64,000 nt of DNA, taken from NCBI GenBank assembly GCA_963750165.1, contig CAVVPN010000011.1:960001-1024000 (forward strand), written 5' to 3'. This DNA comes from an uncultured Gemmataceae bacterium (GTDB lineage Bacteria; Planctomycetota; Planctomycetia; Gemmatales; Gemmataceae). Below are positions 19,312 to 27,918 of this stretch, one piece after another. The first letter of the stretch is position 1. Each line of letters opens with the position of its first letter. The translations under genes were made by a program, and so were the position numbers. The notes under the pieces are model-generated. The model made no database searches. It worked only from the letters and a program-made list of their open reading frames with translations, and was not told where the DNA came from.

Positions 19312-20670
19312 CTGACCGTCACGGATTGTGGGGCGAATGATTTCCGCGGCGGTATCCACCCAGGGAAGCGGATACCAAGAGGTTTTGGAGCCAGTCGTCG
19401 TGATACCGGTGCTGGTTGATCCGCTCCGCCGGGCTGCGCCAGCCGCCGTGGGCCCGCGCCGTCGCGGGGTGCCACGGCCGGAAGTTGTGCAACAGCGCCC
19501 ACCCCCGACAGTGCAGGGCACAGGCCGCGGCGCTGCCGTGCAGGTGCTGCGCGTCCTCGAAGTAGCGGCTCATGGACCGCATCAGCCGGTCCAGCATGGT
19601 GCTGGTCCGGTGGCCGCCCGGGTGCCGGTACGCCACGCCATACTCCCGCGCCCGGCCGCACAACTTCTCGACCTGTTCCAGCAACCAGGCGGTCAGGGGT
19701 TGGACCCGCGCCCACTGCCCCAACCGCCGCAGCCGTTGCGCGAAACTCCGGCGGTCCGGGGCGCGGAACGCCTCCCACACCTTCCGGGACAGTTCCGCGA
19801 ACGCCGCGCTGAGTTTGCCCCGGCTGCGGAGGTTGAGCCAGCCGTGCAAGAAGCAGCGCAACAACACCACCAGCGGGAACAAAGTCCGCCACGCCTGGTG
19901 GGTGGCCGCCCAGCCATCCACACTCACCGTCTGGGGTCGGTAGTCGGGCTGCACGTCGTGCGCCTCCTCCTGGAAGGTCGTGTAGGCGGCTTGCAAGTCC
20001 TCGGCGCCGGCCGTCTGGGCCAGGGCCGCCCCCAGGCAACAGCCCTCCCCGACCGTGGTGGCGATGTAGTTCTTCAGGCCGGCGCGGCTCTGGTGGTGCT
20101 CGTCGGCGAGCAGGTGCTCGGGCAGGGGGGCGCGGCGGAGGGTGGTGCCGACGATGCTGTGGCGCCCCAGGCCGACCGCCAGGCGATACCAGTACATGGC
20201 GTCCCTGCCGAAGACGCGGGCCAGGGCCCAGAAGGGCACGCCGAAGGCCCGCAGGAACAAGGGCGCCTGCACCTGGTCGGCCGAACCGGTCTGGTACGGC
20301 AGGGCGAAACTGGGGCGGACGGAGAAGGCCTGGCCGGTGGCCCGCAGGCGGAGGCGGCGCAGCGCAGGCCGGTCTTGGCGGAGCGGCGGCTGTCCTTGAG
20401 GCGGTAGCCCAGAGCGAAGTCTTGGGGGAACAACTCCGGCCAGGAGCGGAAGGCTTGATCGAGCCAGCCGCGAAACCGCCTTGGGTCCTCGACGAGGTCT
20501 TGGTAGGCGTCTGTGCCGATGGGCAAACAAATGGTAGAACAAGAGCGGGCCAAGGGTCACCTCCGCGTCGTGCGGGTTTACAGCAAAGGTGATTCTTGGC
20601 CCGTTTCATGCGCTTGTCCCCTGGACGCTTGTTTACAACTCCAGGCCGCCCCTCAATCCGTGACGGTCAG
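19312..20670 (-). mobile_element. Insertion sequence with Mutator-like (CxxH) DDE transposase, one frameshift near 20365
   Basis: 24-bp TIRs ctgaccgtcacggattg(t/a)ggggcg at 19312-19335 and 20647-20670; flanking T7C/T8C target duplication; transposase (19319-20553) has ADEHH, VDGW and RCFLH. Confidence 0.88.
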
Positions 20671-20693
20671 TTTTTTTTCAAGGAGGAAGTGTC

Positions 20694-21593
20694 ATGAAGA
20701 CAGAGAAAACCACACGCAGCTTTATCGAGGTCTACATCGCCGACATCGTGTCGGGGGTCGAGAACCTGCGGGACGCAGTACCTCGTCTCAGCAACCAAGG
20801 CTTCGGCATCTTCGAGGCCACAGATAAGCAACCGGACTCGCTGGCGTCCTTGGCGCTTTCCGAGGACAGCCTGCAACAGAAACGGTACGTGAAACTGATC
20901 GAGGAGCACGAACCTGACATCGAGTCATTGGCCGCGAACATGGCGACGATGGGCCTCCTCGAACCGATCTGCGTCCGCGCTGCCGAAGAGAAGGGCAAGT
21001 ACGATCTGATCTTCGGGTGCCGCCGCTGTCTGGCGTGGCTCTATAACTTCGCCAAAAGTGCGGGCAAGATCCCGGCGCGGCTCACCGCCGAGGTCGTGGA
21101 GGCCGATGGAAAGCTCTCTCTCTTGTCGTCGCTGTCCGAGAACATGCGCGTGGACCCGTCGCCCATTGATGAAGCCAAGAGCTTCAAGAAGCTCGAAAAG
21201 GCGTTCGGGATGAAGGCGTCAGAGATCGCCGCTGTGACGGGAAAAGACCCGAAGGTCGTGCGAGAACGCCTGAAACTGCTCAAGCTGCCGCTGGATGTGC
21301 AAGAGAAAGTGCATCTCGGAAAACTGGCACAGCACAAGGCGCTTGCTCAATATGAGGGCGACAAGGGCAACGCTACGGCCTCGTCGGCAGATCCTCGGCG
21401 AATCCCTCAAATCAAGGTGATCGAGAAGCTGTACGAAGCCCAACACGACCAGCTTCCTCCTGACTACGAGCCACTCATCACGGAGGATGTGCGGCGGCTG
21501 TTCGCCCACTGGTTGAAGGTCAGCTACAAGCCGCAGGCTGAAGCGCAGAAGCCGCCCGCACCAGACGAAAATGCCCAGACGCAACCTGCATGA
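20694..21593 (+). CDS. ParB/RepB/Spo0J family protein
   Basis: GLLEPICVR, YDLIFGCRR, SENMR.D.SPIDEA and HTH (SEIAAVTGKDPKVVRERLKLL); RBS aggagg. Confidence 0.88.
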   Translation: MKTEKTTRSFIEVYIADIVSGVENLRDAVPRLSNQGFGIFEATDKQPDSLASLALSEDSLQQKRYVKLIEEHEPDIESLAANMATMGLLEPICVRAAEEKGKYDLIFGCRRCLAWLYNFAKSAGKIPARLTAEVVEADGKLSLLSSLSENMRVDPSPIDEAKSFKKLEKAFGMKASEIAAVTGKDPKVVRERLKLLKLPLDVQEKVHLGKLAQHKALAQYEGDKGNATASSADPRRIPQIKVIEKLYEAQHDQLPPDYEPLITEDVRRLFAHWLKVSYKPQAEAQKPPAPDENAQTQPA

Positions 21594-21604
21594 CATCGAC
21601 AATA

Positions 21605-21652
21605 GCTCGCTACACCGGCCACTGTCTCCTGATAGTGGCCGGTGTAGCGAGC
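21605..21652 (+). terminator. 19-bp stem hairpin after the ParB gene
   Basis: gctcgctacaccggccact / agtggccggtgtagcgagc. Confidence 0.7.
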
Positions 21653-21707
21653 AACCACAGCGAACGGCATCGAGAATGGTGAAACCGCCTTTTGAGGAGG
21701 TAGATCA

Positions 21708-22151
21708 ATGAACCGCTATGTGTCAAAAAAGTCTGCGCGGCGTCTCGGTGCGGAACTGCCTGCTTCACCCGCCCGTTTGGTCAAGACGGCTGACAACCGT
21801 GAACGCGGGTTTTACCTGTTGGACAGTCTTTGCCCAACAAGGTCAGTGAACGTCGAAGTTCTCACTGACGAGCAAATTGACGAACTGGCCGAGCGCGAGC
21901 AGCAAGAAAGGCTGCGGCGCGCCGTAGCTGAAGCAAAGCGGCGCGAAGAGCACGAACGCTGGTGTGCAGAGGCTCTAGTCCGCGAGGCCGAGCACAAGCG
22001 TCAGGTCACTTTACGGCGTAAGCAGACAATCGCGGAGCGGCGGACCCAGACAGATCCCGGTTGCCCCTATAGGTCGCTGAACGCCGCCTACGCGGACGGC
22101 TGGATCAAAAGGACGGACGGCAGCATTATGGAGGGCAGGAAATGCTGTTGA
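21708..22151 (+). CDS. Hypothetical protein (coiled-coil)
   Basis: Strong RBS gaggagg; start of a run of small + strand ORFs. Confidence 0.6.
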   Translation: MNRYVSKKSARRLGAELPASPARLVKTADNRERGFYLLDSLCPTRSVNVEVLTDEQIDELAEREQQERLRRAVAEAKRREEHERWCAEALVREAEHKRQVTLRRKQTIAERRTQTDPGCPYRSLNAAYADGWIKRTDGSIMEGRKCC

Positions 22152-22408
22152 AGGGGCACCGACTTATTCGAGGGGCTCGCGTGGCGGTTTCCAAGACAGA
22201 GTGGAAGAGAAGAGGGTATGAGATCAAGGCAGGTGAGCAACCGCACGGATGGCTGTGTCACAACATGGGCTGCATGGTGACGTATGCGGTTTACCGCGAC
22301 GACCAAGTTGAGCAATTGGTCCCCCGACCACGGACACGGAGACGGACACGACGAAAAGCGGTGCGGGAGGTCATCCCCGAGATCAGATGGCAAGAAGTTG
22401 GCTTCTGA
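22142..22408 (+). CDS. Hypothetical phage-like small protein
   Basis: Overlaps the upstream stop; SKTEWKRRGY...P...YAVY..DQV pattern. Confidence 0.5.
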   Translation: MLLKGHRLIRGARVAVSKTEWKRRGYEIKAGEQPHGWLCHNMGCMVTYAVYRDDQVEQLVPRPRTRRRTRRKAVREVIPEIRWQEVGF

Positions 22409-22465
22409 CGGTATCCGCGAGGCCACTGCCCGAAGCAGATCAACAACGAAGAAAAGGAGTTCAAC

Positions 22466-22957
22466 ATGACCGTAAGAGAAACTTGTCCAGATTGCGGCGT
22501 GGGCGTCGGCGAGCCGCACGTCAACGCCTGCGATGTCGAACCCTGCTCCGTCTGCGGCGGACAGCAGTGCAGTTGCGAGTGCAAGGGCCACGACCCGACC
22601 AAATCGGTTTGGACCGGAGCTTGGCCGTTCAAGTGCAAGAACAACGACCAGAAGTCACCGCACCCAATCACGAGCGATGGCTTCGTGATCTACGGCCTTG
22701 AAGAAGCACTTCGAAGACAGCAGGGAGCGCCTCAAAGGAAGCAGGAGCCCCCTCCGCGAGAGTATCCTGACCACCTCCTTGAACGGAATGCGCGCTGTGC
22801 CTTCAGAACGGGCTTCATCGAGCCAGTCTTCAGTGGCGGACAAATGACGGGAGACTTCCGTGCGTGCCGCCGATGCCCTGATGGGGCATACGAGATGGGC
22901 CAGTTCACAAGCCGAGAGGAGGCCCTTGGTTGGGCGAAACGATACGAGAAACGCTGA
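22466..22957 (+). CDS. Cys-rich putative zinc-binding protein
   Basis: CPDCGV..GEPH...CDVEPCSVCGGQ..SCEC; RBS aaggag. Confidence 0.65.
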   Translation: MTVRETCPDCGVGVGEPHVNACDVEPCSVCGGQQCSCECKGHDPTKSVWTGAWPFKCKNNDQKSPHPITSDGFVIYGLEEALRRQQGAPQRKQEPPPREYPDHLLERNARCAFRTGFIEPVFSGGQMTGDFRACRRCPDGAYEMGQFTSREEALGWAKRYEKR

Positions 22958-22992
22958 CAACAACATCACTTCACGAAAGGTAAGGAAGCCAC

Positions 22993-23634
22993 ATGACCAC
23001 TACGCGACCCAAGGAATACGTCTACAAGTCTACCTTGCGAGACGTTTACGGACTTACACCGTCAATGATCGACGAACTGGACCCGCCCGACAAGATCGTT
23101 GACAACCCGCTTTACACTAATGCGCCAAGCGCCAGTTTATATCTGATTGTGCGGGTCGAATCGTGGATCGACGCCAATCAGGAACGAGTCGAGAAGGCAC
23201 GGGCGAGTCGAGCCAAGAGATCGGAAGCGGCCAAGAAGTTTCACGACAAGCTGCGCGCCCAGAAACGCGATCTTGCTTTTGAATGGGTTGGCAGTGTGCA
23301 GATCACCTTGGAACCGCTGCCCGACGATTTGATCGAACGAGCGAATGCTCGTTACCCGCTGCGAGCGGTTGTTGACGTTGAAACTGAAAAGGGGCTGCGC
23401 ACGTTCGTGCGGCATCGGCTCAGCAACTATGAATCCCTTCTGGCACTCCTTCGTGGGTACGAACCTTGGCTGTCGGAAGAACTGTATCTGAAACTTCGAA
23501 GTCGTGTTGACGCGATTGTTGATCAGGCAGTGATGCAATGGCAGCGCCGCACGACCGAAAACAGCGGGGTCAAGAACGACGGCCTTGCCCATGAGCCTCG
23601 TGAGACACGGCAAATGAGCGCAATGACGGTGTGA
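22993..23634 (+). CDS. Hypothetical protein with XPA-C/MerR-like N-terminal DNA-binding fold
   Basis: VYKSTLRDVYGLTPSMIDELDPPDKIVDNPLYTNAPSASLYLIVRV. Confidence 0.6.
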   Translation: MTTTRPKEYVYKSTLRDVYGLTPSMIDELDPPDKIVDNPLYTNAPSASLYLIVRVESWIDANQERVEKARASRAKRSEAAKKFHDKLRAQKRDLAFEWVGSVQITLEPLPDDLIERANARYPLRAVVDVETEKGLRTFVRHRLSNYESLLALLRGYEPWLSEELYLKLRSRVDAIVDQAVMQWQRRTTENSGVKNDGLAHEPRETRQMSAMTV

Positions 23635-23734
23635 CGCTGGGTCCATCCACGTACTACGCCAGCGGGCTTCTCGCATTCGGCTTCTTCGCCATGACTCACT
23701 CCACCTCAGCAAAGGTGCCTCGATCCGCTGGGAT

Positions 23735-24235
23735 TTACGGGATTAGGCCCTTCTTGAAGGCCATTTCCTGCACCTCCCGTGTTGCGCGTCGGCTGTCAAG
23801 CATGAAGCCGTTCACGCTCAAGGTCCAGATGATCGAATAACTGTCGATCTGACTCGGCAAGAGCCAATGCCAATCGAATTGGCGGATCTTGAGCATCTTG
23901 CGGATCAGCGCCGACTTGCCTTGTCCCGTGCTCTCGGCGACCTCGAACGCCTTGTCGATGGCGGTCAACTTCATGTGCGGAGATCTGCCGCTGTCGTCGA
24001 GGAAGTTCGCCCAGCCGATTGTGCGAACTATGCCGCAGGCCCACGTGTTCGGCTTGCCGCTCACCAGAGGCGAGGGGCGCTTACGAGCGAGTTTCTCGGT
24101 GAGCTTGCGGCAGAGGACCGCATACTCGTCGTTCAGGTGCTCGCGGCAGAAGCCTTGCACGAGACGGTCAATGACCTCGAAGACGGGCTGGACCTCTTCG
24201 GGGATCGCGGTGCCACCGCTCTTGCGTTTCGCCAT
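23735..24235 (-). CDS. DUF6398-like protein (premature stop near the C-terminus)
   Basis: FCREHLNDEY..LC..L..KLARKRPSPL..GK...WA.GI...G..NFL.D; reads GLIP-TAA-IPAD where GLIPYIP is typical. Confidence 0.75.
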   Translation of the reverse strand: MAKRKSGGTAIPEEVQPVFEVIDRLVQGFCREHLNDEYAVLCRKLTEKLARKRPSPLVSGKPNTWACGIVRTIGWANFLDDSGRSPHMKLTAIDKAFEVAESTGQGKSALIRKMLKIRQFDWHWLLPSQIDSYSIIWTLSVNGFMLDSRRATREVQEMAFKKGLIP

Positions 24236-24340
24236 CGCTCGCCTTCGTCAGATTGTGACATCACCAGAATGCGAGAATCCCGCCTACGACGGTTCTCCGG
24301 TGTGGTGCTGATGTCATTTCCTCCCAAATTCAGCAAATGA

Positions 24341-25168
24341 CTAAGTTGGGGGTTGCGATACCAGCAGTCGCCTCTTAATCACCCTCCCGATGAACCGCCA
24401 GTAGACATCGGGAGCGGGTTCGTGGTCATCGGGGCACACGGGCGGAAGGTCTTTACCGGCCATAAATCTGCCTTGGATGAGGCCGATGGGGGTCTTGTCG
24501 TAAGCGTCGTTGTGGAGAAGTGGGACGAAAGACCGGAGGATCGCCACGATCCGATCCACATCCCCGTTGGGTGCCATCTGGACAACGGCGTGGCGCAAGT
24601 AGCTGGTGACGCCGTGCCCGTCCGGGTCTTCGTCGGTGCAGAAGCGGAAGAATAGCCCAACCTGCGTATTCTTGTTGACCGGCAACTTCAAGGTGCATCC
24701 CGGTGCCTCGGTGCATCGACGGAGAAACTCAGCCCCGTAGCTGTTCAGGTGACCCTCGGTGAACTCATCCTTTCCCGTCAGCAGGTAGGTACACAGCGCG
24801 TAAATGGACGAGTGCTTGAACACGAGCCAGAGGGTCTGCTCTGGGGCGAATTCGGCCAGCAAGGCTGGAATATCCTGCCCTAGCCGCAATTGTCCCCCAG
24901 TGGGCTTACGGAGCACGTTGATGCGGCGAGGCGTCTCATCCTTCAGGATCTCCTTCGCTTGATCGAGCACCTTCAGGGTATTGTCCACGTCGCCTTCCTC
25001 GTAGAAGGCCATAACCGCCGAGAGAAGTGGGGTCGCCACCAGATTCGGGAAAACCCCGTGCCGGGGGTCCAGCGCCACCAGTTCGGAGAGGCTACCGCTT
25101 GGGAACGGGGTGTTGTGCTTGCTCTTGTCTTCTGGAAGGGCTTTCCCGACGAAATACAGGTCTTTCAT
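24341..25168 (-). CDS. Hypothetical protein
   Basis: Long ORF at the tail of the minus-strand defence operon; no family recognised. Confidence 0.65.
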   Translation of the reverse strand: MKDLYFVGKALPEDKSKHNTPFPSGSLSELVALDPRHGVFPNLVATPLLSAVMAFYEEGDVDNTLKVLDQAKEILKDETPRRINVLRKPTGGQLRLGQDIPALLAEFAPEQTLWLVFKHSSIYALCTYLLTGKDEFTEGHLNSYGAEFLRRCTEAPGCTLKLPVNKNTQVGLFFRFCTDEDPDGHGVTSYLRHAVVQMAPNGDVDRIVAILRSFVPLLHNDAYDKTPIGLIQGRFMAGKDLPPVCPDDHEPAPDVYWRFIGRVIKRRLLVSQPPT

Positions 25169-25190
25169 CCCAGCACCTTTCACATGCTTG

Positions 25191-26072
25191 TCATCGGCTC
25201 TTCCTCATCGCCGCTGTCGCCTTCTTCGGGTCAAACGCCTCGGGATCGAACGGCCCGCGCCACGCCAGCAGTTCATCGTGCTGCTCGTGCTCGGGGTCGG
25301 CAAGGGCGGCAAGGTAGTCCACGTATCCCCATGGTCCACCAACATCCTCGGGCGGACAGGCGCGCCCGCCTTCGACGCACCGTGGATACTTCTGGCCCTG
25401 CTCAGGCGTCGGGTGGCCCTCGAAGACGATCTCGTGCCGCCAGCCGTCGCCGAAGTCGTACTCGTACACCCACCGGGTCTTCTTCTTCGACTTTGGCAGC
25501 AGATCGCTCAGCACCACCTTGGTCTCGTCCTCCATCTCCAGTTCGAGGTTCATGTCGGCGGGCTCGGGCGGGCCGTAGCGTACCCCCTCGATCTCGAACT
25601 GGTGCAAGTGGTAGTTCTCCCACCCGAAAGCCGCTTGGATGTAGAGGTGAAGCACGTCGAGGCTGCAATCCGGCACCAGAATCCGCCGCCAGATCGCGGG
25701 CTTGATGTCGAGCAGGGTGATCTTGAACTGGAACAGCAGGCCCGAGTTCTGGAAGGGGCGTCGGGTGGTGGCACGGGTCACGGCCAGCGATGCGCCGTCC
25801 TCAACGGCCTCGAACAGATGGGTGACTTTGCGCAAGACGGCGATGAGCCGCTTCTTGTCCGCGCCGACAGCGTACAAGGCGGCTTGACCGATCTCGTCGT
25901 TGAGAGCGTCGAGATCCTTGCGGGTGACGAGGACGGTCTGCGTCCCTTCACCGGCCTGCTCGATTTTCTGCTTGATCGACCGCTTCAGGCGGGTGGAGTG
26001 GATGAGTGACTCCCGCTGCGGTTGGGTCAGCTTGAAGGGATAGCTGGCAGCAGAGGTGTGTTTCTTCGCCAT
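25191..26072 (-). CDS. Plasmid pRiA4b ORF-3 family protein
   Basis: QFKITL..IKPAIWRRILVP, AFGWENYHLHQF, YEYDFGDGW.H and RACPPEDVGG motifs. Confidence 0.9.
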   Translation of the reverse strand: MAKKHTSAASYPFKLTQPQRESLIHSTRLKRSIKQKIEQAGEGTQTVLVTRKDLDALNDEIGQAALYAVGADKKRLIAVLRKVTHLFEAVEDGASLAVTRATTRRPFQNSGLLFQFKITLLDIKPAIWRRILVPDCSLDVLHLYIQAAFGWENYHLHQFEIEGVRYGPPEPADMNLELEMEDETKVVLSDLLPKSKKKTRWVYEYDFGDGWRHEIVFEGHPTPEQGQKYPRCVEGGRACPPEDVGGPWGYVDYLAALADPEHEQHDELLAWRGPFDPEAFDPKKATAAMRKSR

Positions 26073-26124
26073 TCCTACCCCACTCCTTTCACTTCGACCA
26101 CTTCGGTCGCCACTCACGGGGTCA

Positions 26125-27099
26125 TCAATCCATTTGTGTCGGGACAATTGCGTTCAGAATCCCCTCGTCGTCCTTGGCCTGCATGAACGCGATGGTCCCC
26201 ATCGGAGGTCGCTTACTCAGCAGCCGATAGCCTTGCGGTGGCGAATACTGGATGACACCCGACTTCACCCCCTTGCTCTTCGTAGAGCACTTGGCTCTGA
26301 TCGCCTGCTCGATGTGCTCCTTCAGCGCAGCCCCTTCGAGCAATTCGCTCTTCTCGGCCACCCCGCATACGGCACAAAGGATGGCATCGAACTCGTCGTG
26401 TGACAGCACCTCGGATGCCGGGGCTGTCCATCCGAGACCGTTCAAGATTCCGGCCAGTTGGTGATTCATTTTCGACTGGGCAGGGATCTTGTCAGGACGC
26501 CCCTGCCACGTTCCGTCTTCCCCGCAGGAAGCCGCTCCCTTGTATTTCTTATTCGGTAGGCTCATCAGTTTGAGGGAAGCAGCCGGATAGGTTTCAAACA
26601 GGGTTGCGGCAAGTGCATTCTTCAGTTCGGCGGGCAGTGAGCGCCGCAGGTGTAGGAAGCGGGCGACGTATGACCCGATCCGTTGGGCGAGCGGCGGCAT
26701 GGCGTTGAAGGCGTAGTCCACGGGTCGTTTGGTCAATTCCCATACGAAGTGAGGCTTTCGCGGGGTCGGCAAGTCTTGCAGGTCTATTGGCACATCCACC
26801 ACCAAGCGATGATGGCGAAGGCAAGCGGCGAGCAGGGCCGATTCCGCCTTGATTACATTTGAGAGCACCCGCTTTCCGGCGACCTTCCGCCCAAAACACT
26901 GATTTCGGAAGACAGTGATGCGGAGCGTGCCGGAATCGAGCCGATCCGCTCGGGCGAGCGCCGAGCCGTCTGTGGAGTACCCGGCAAGGTCGAGGCCAAG
27001 CGCCGTCTTCAGCACCCGTTCTGGTTGCGATGTACCCGTCATGGCACATGGGGTGTCCTGAAACTCGCGCTCGGGATCGTTGGGCTTCCCCGGCATCAT
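26125..27099 (-). CDS. DUF429-like predicted nuclease (RNase H fold)
   Basis: LGLDLAG, VVDVPI, RPVD, FETYPAASL and FDAILCA motifs. Confidence 0.75.
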   Translation of the reverse strand: MMPGKPNDPEREFQDTPCAMTGTSQPERVLKTALGLDLAGYSTDGSALARADRLDSGTLRITVFRNQCFGRKVAGKRVLSNVIKAESALLAACLRHHRLVVDVPIDLQDLPTPRKPHFVWELTKRPVDYAFNAMPPLAQRIGSYVARFLHLRRSLPAELKNALAATLFETYPAASLKLMSLPNKKYKGAASCGEDGTWQGRPDKIPAQSKMNHQLAGILNGLGWTAPASEVLSHDEFDAILCAVCGVAEKSELLEGAALKEHIEQAIRAKCSTKSKGVKSGVIQYSPPQGYRLLSKRPPMGTIAFMQAKDDEGILNAIVPTQMD

Positions 27100-27108
27100 A
27101 ATGCTCCC

Positions 27109-27918
27109 TCACGGTGCGGACAGCACTCCCGTCTGGATCATGCGGTTGAAGTGCCTTTCGACCTGCTCGGGGAGGCCCCCGCCTTTGACCAGCAGACCAA
27201 GCTCCATGTTCAGCGTGAAGGCGTACTCCGTCAAGTTGGCGCTCGACAGGAACAGCCAGCGGCCATCGGCCACGGCGCACTTGACGTGCAGGATGCCCGC
27301 CTTGCCGCTCTCGCCCCGCGCCCGCTGCTCCAGCGGCCAGAGGTATACGCCGCACCGGCTGGCGACGGACGGGCCGAGTGCCGCGAGTGTGCTGTAGGCG
27401 TTCTGACCCTCGATTCGGTCGGGGCTTTCCACGACGATGTTGATTGCAACACCTCGGTTCGCGGCCTGCACCAAGGCATCACAGACGCGAGGGATGTTGT
27501 AGACGGCGTAGCTGACGACCAACAGCCGTGCTGTCGCTGATTCGATGACCTGAAGTATGGCTTGTTCCGTGCGCCGCACCGGCACTACGCCAACATCAGG
27601 GCCGGTCCAGACCAGTTCGACCGATTGGTGTTCGCTGTGCGCCTTTGCCATCGAAGAAGCGGTCAAGAGGGCGGTGGCGACCGCTTGGGCCGACACGTCG
27701 GCTGCATGTTCCCTCCATCCGTCGAGGAAGGCGACGACGAGGCTACGGTAGTGAGCATGGGCAAGGTCGCGCACCGCACTGGCGCGGCACGTCGCCCAGT
27801 CCCCCACAGCGACCGGGACGAGGGCCTCGGCGACCGCTTCCGCCACGGACCACGGCAACTTCTTGACCAGTAACGTCGCTTGATCGGAGACGAAGCGAAA
27901 GCCGCTGCTAAACGTCAT
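27109..27918 (-). CDS. drmC: DISARM phospholipase D-like nuclease DrmC
   Basis: ELVWTGP, LLVVSYAVY, LHVKCAVAD (HxK...D), SSANLT and NMELG; downstream of drmAB. Confidence 0.92.
   Translation of the reverse strand: MTFSSGFRFVSDQATLLVKKLPWSVAEAVAEALVPVAVGDWATCRASAVRDLAHAHYRSLVVAFLDGWREHAADVSAQAVATALLTASSMAKAHSEHQSVELVWTGPDVGVVPVRRTEQAILQVIESATARLLVVSYAVYNIPRVCDALVQAANRGVAINIVVESPDRIEGQNAYSTLAALGPSVASRCGVYLWPLEQRARGESGKAGILHVKCAVADGRWLFLSSANLTEYAFTLNMELGLLVKGGGLPEQVERHFNRMIQTGVLSAP

Larger units (their letters stand above)
8876..23634. mobile_element. Backbone of a second integrative element (integrase, MTase, regulator, AEP-like Rep, ParB, small ORFs); right end not identified
   Basis: Integrase abuts the att fragment; replication, partition and phage-like small genes follow. 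The defence cargo to the right may belong to the same island. Confidence 0.55.
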
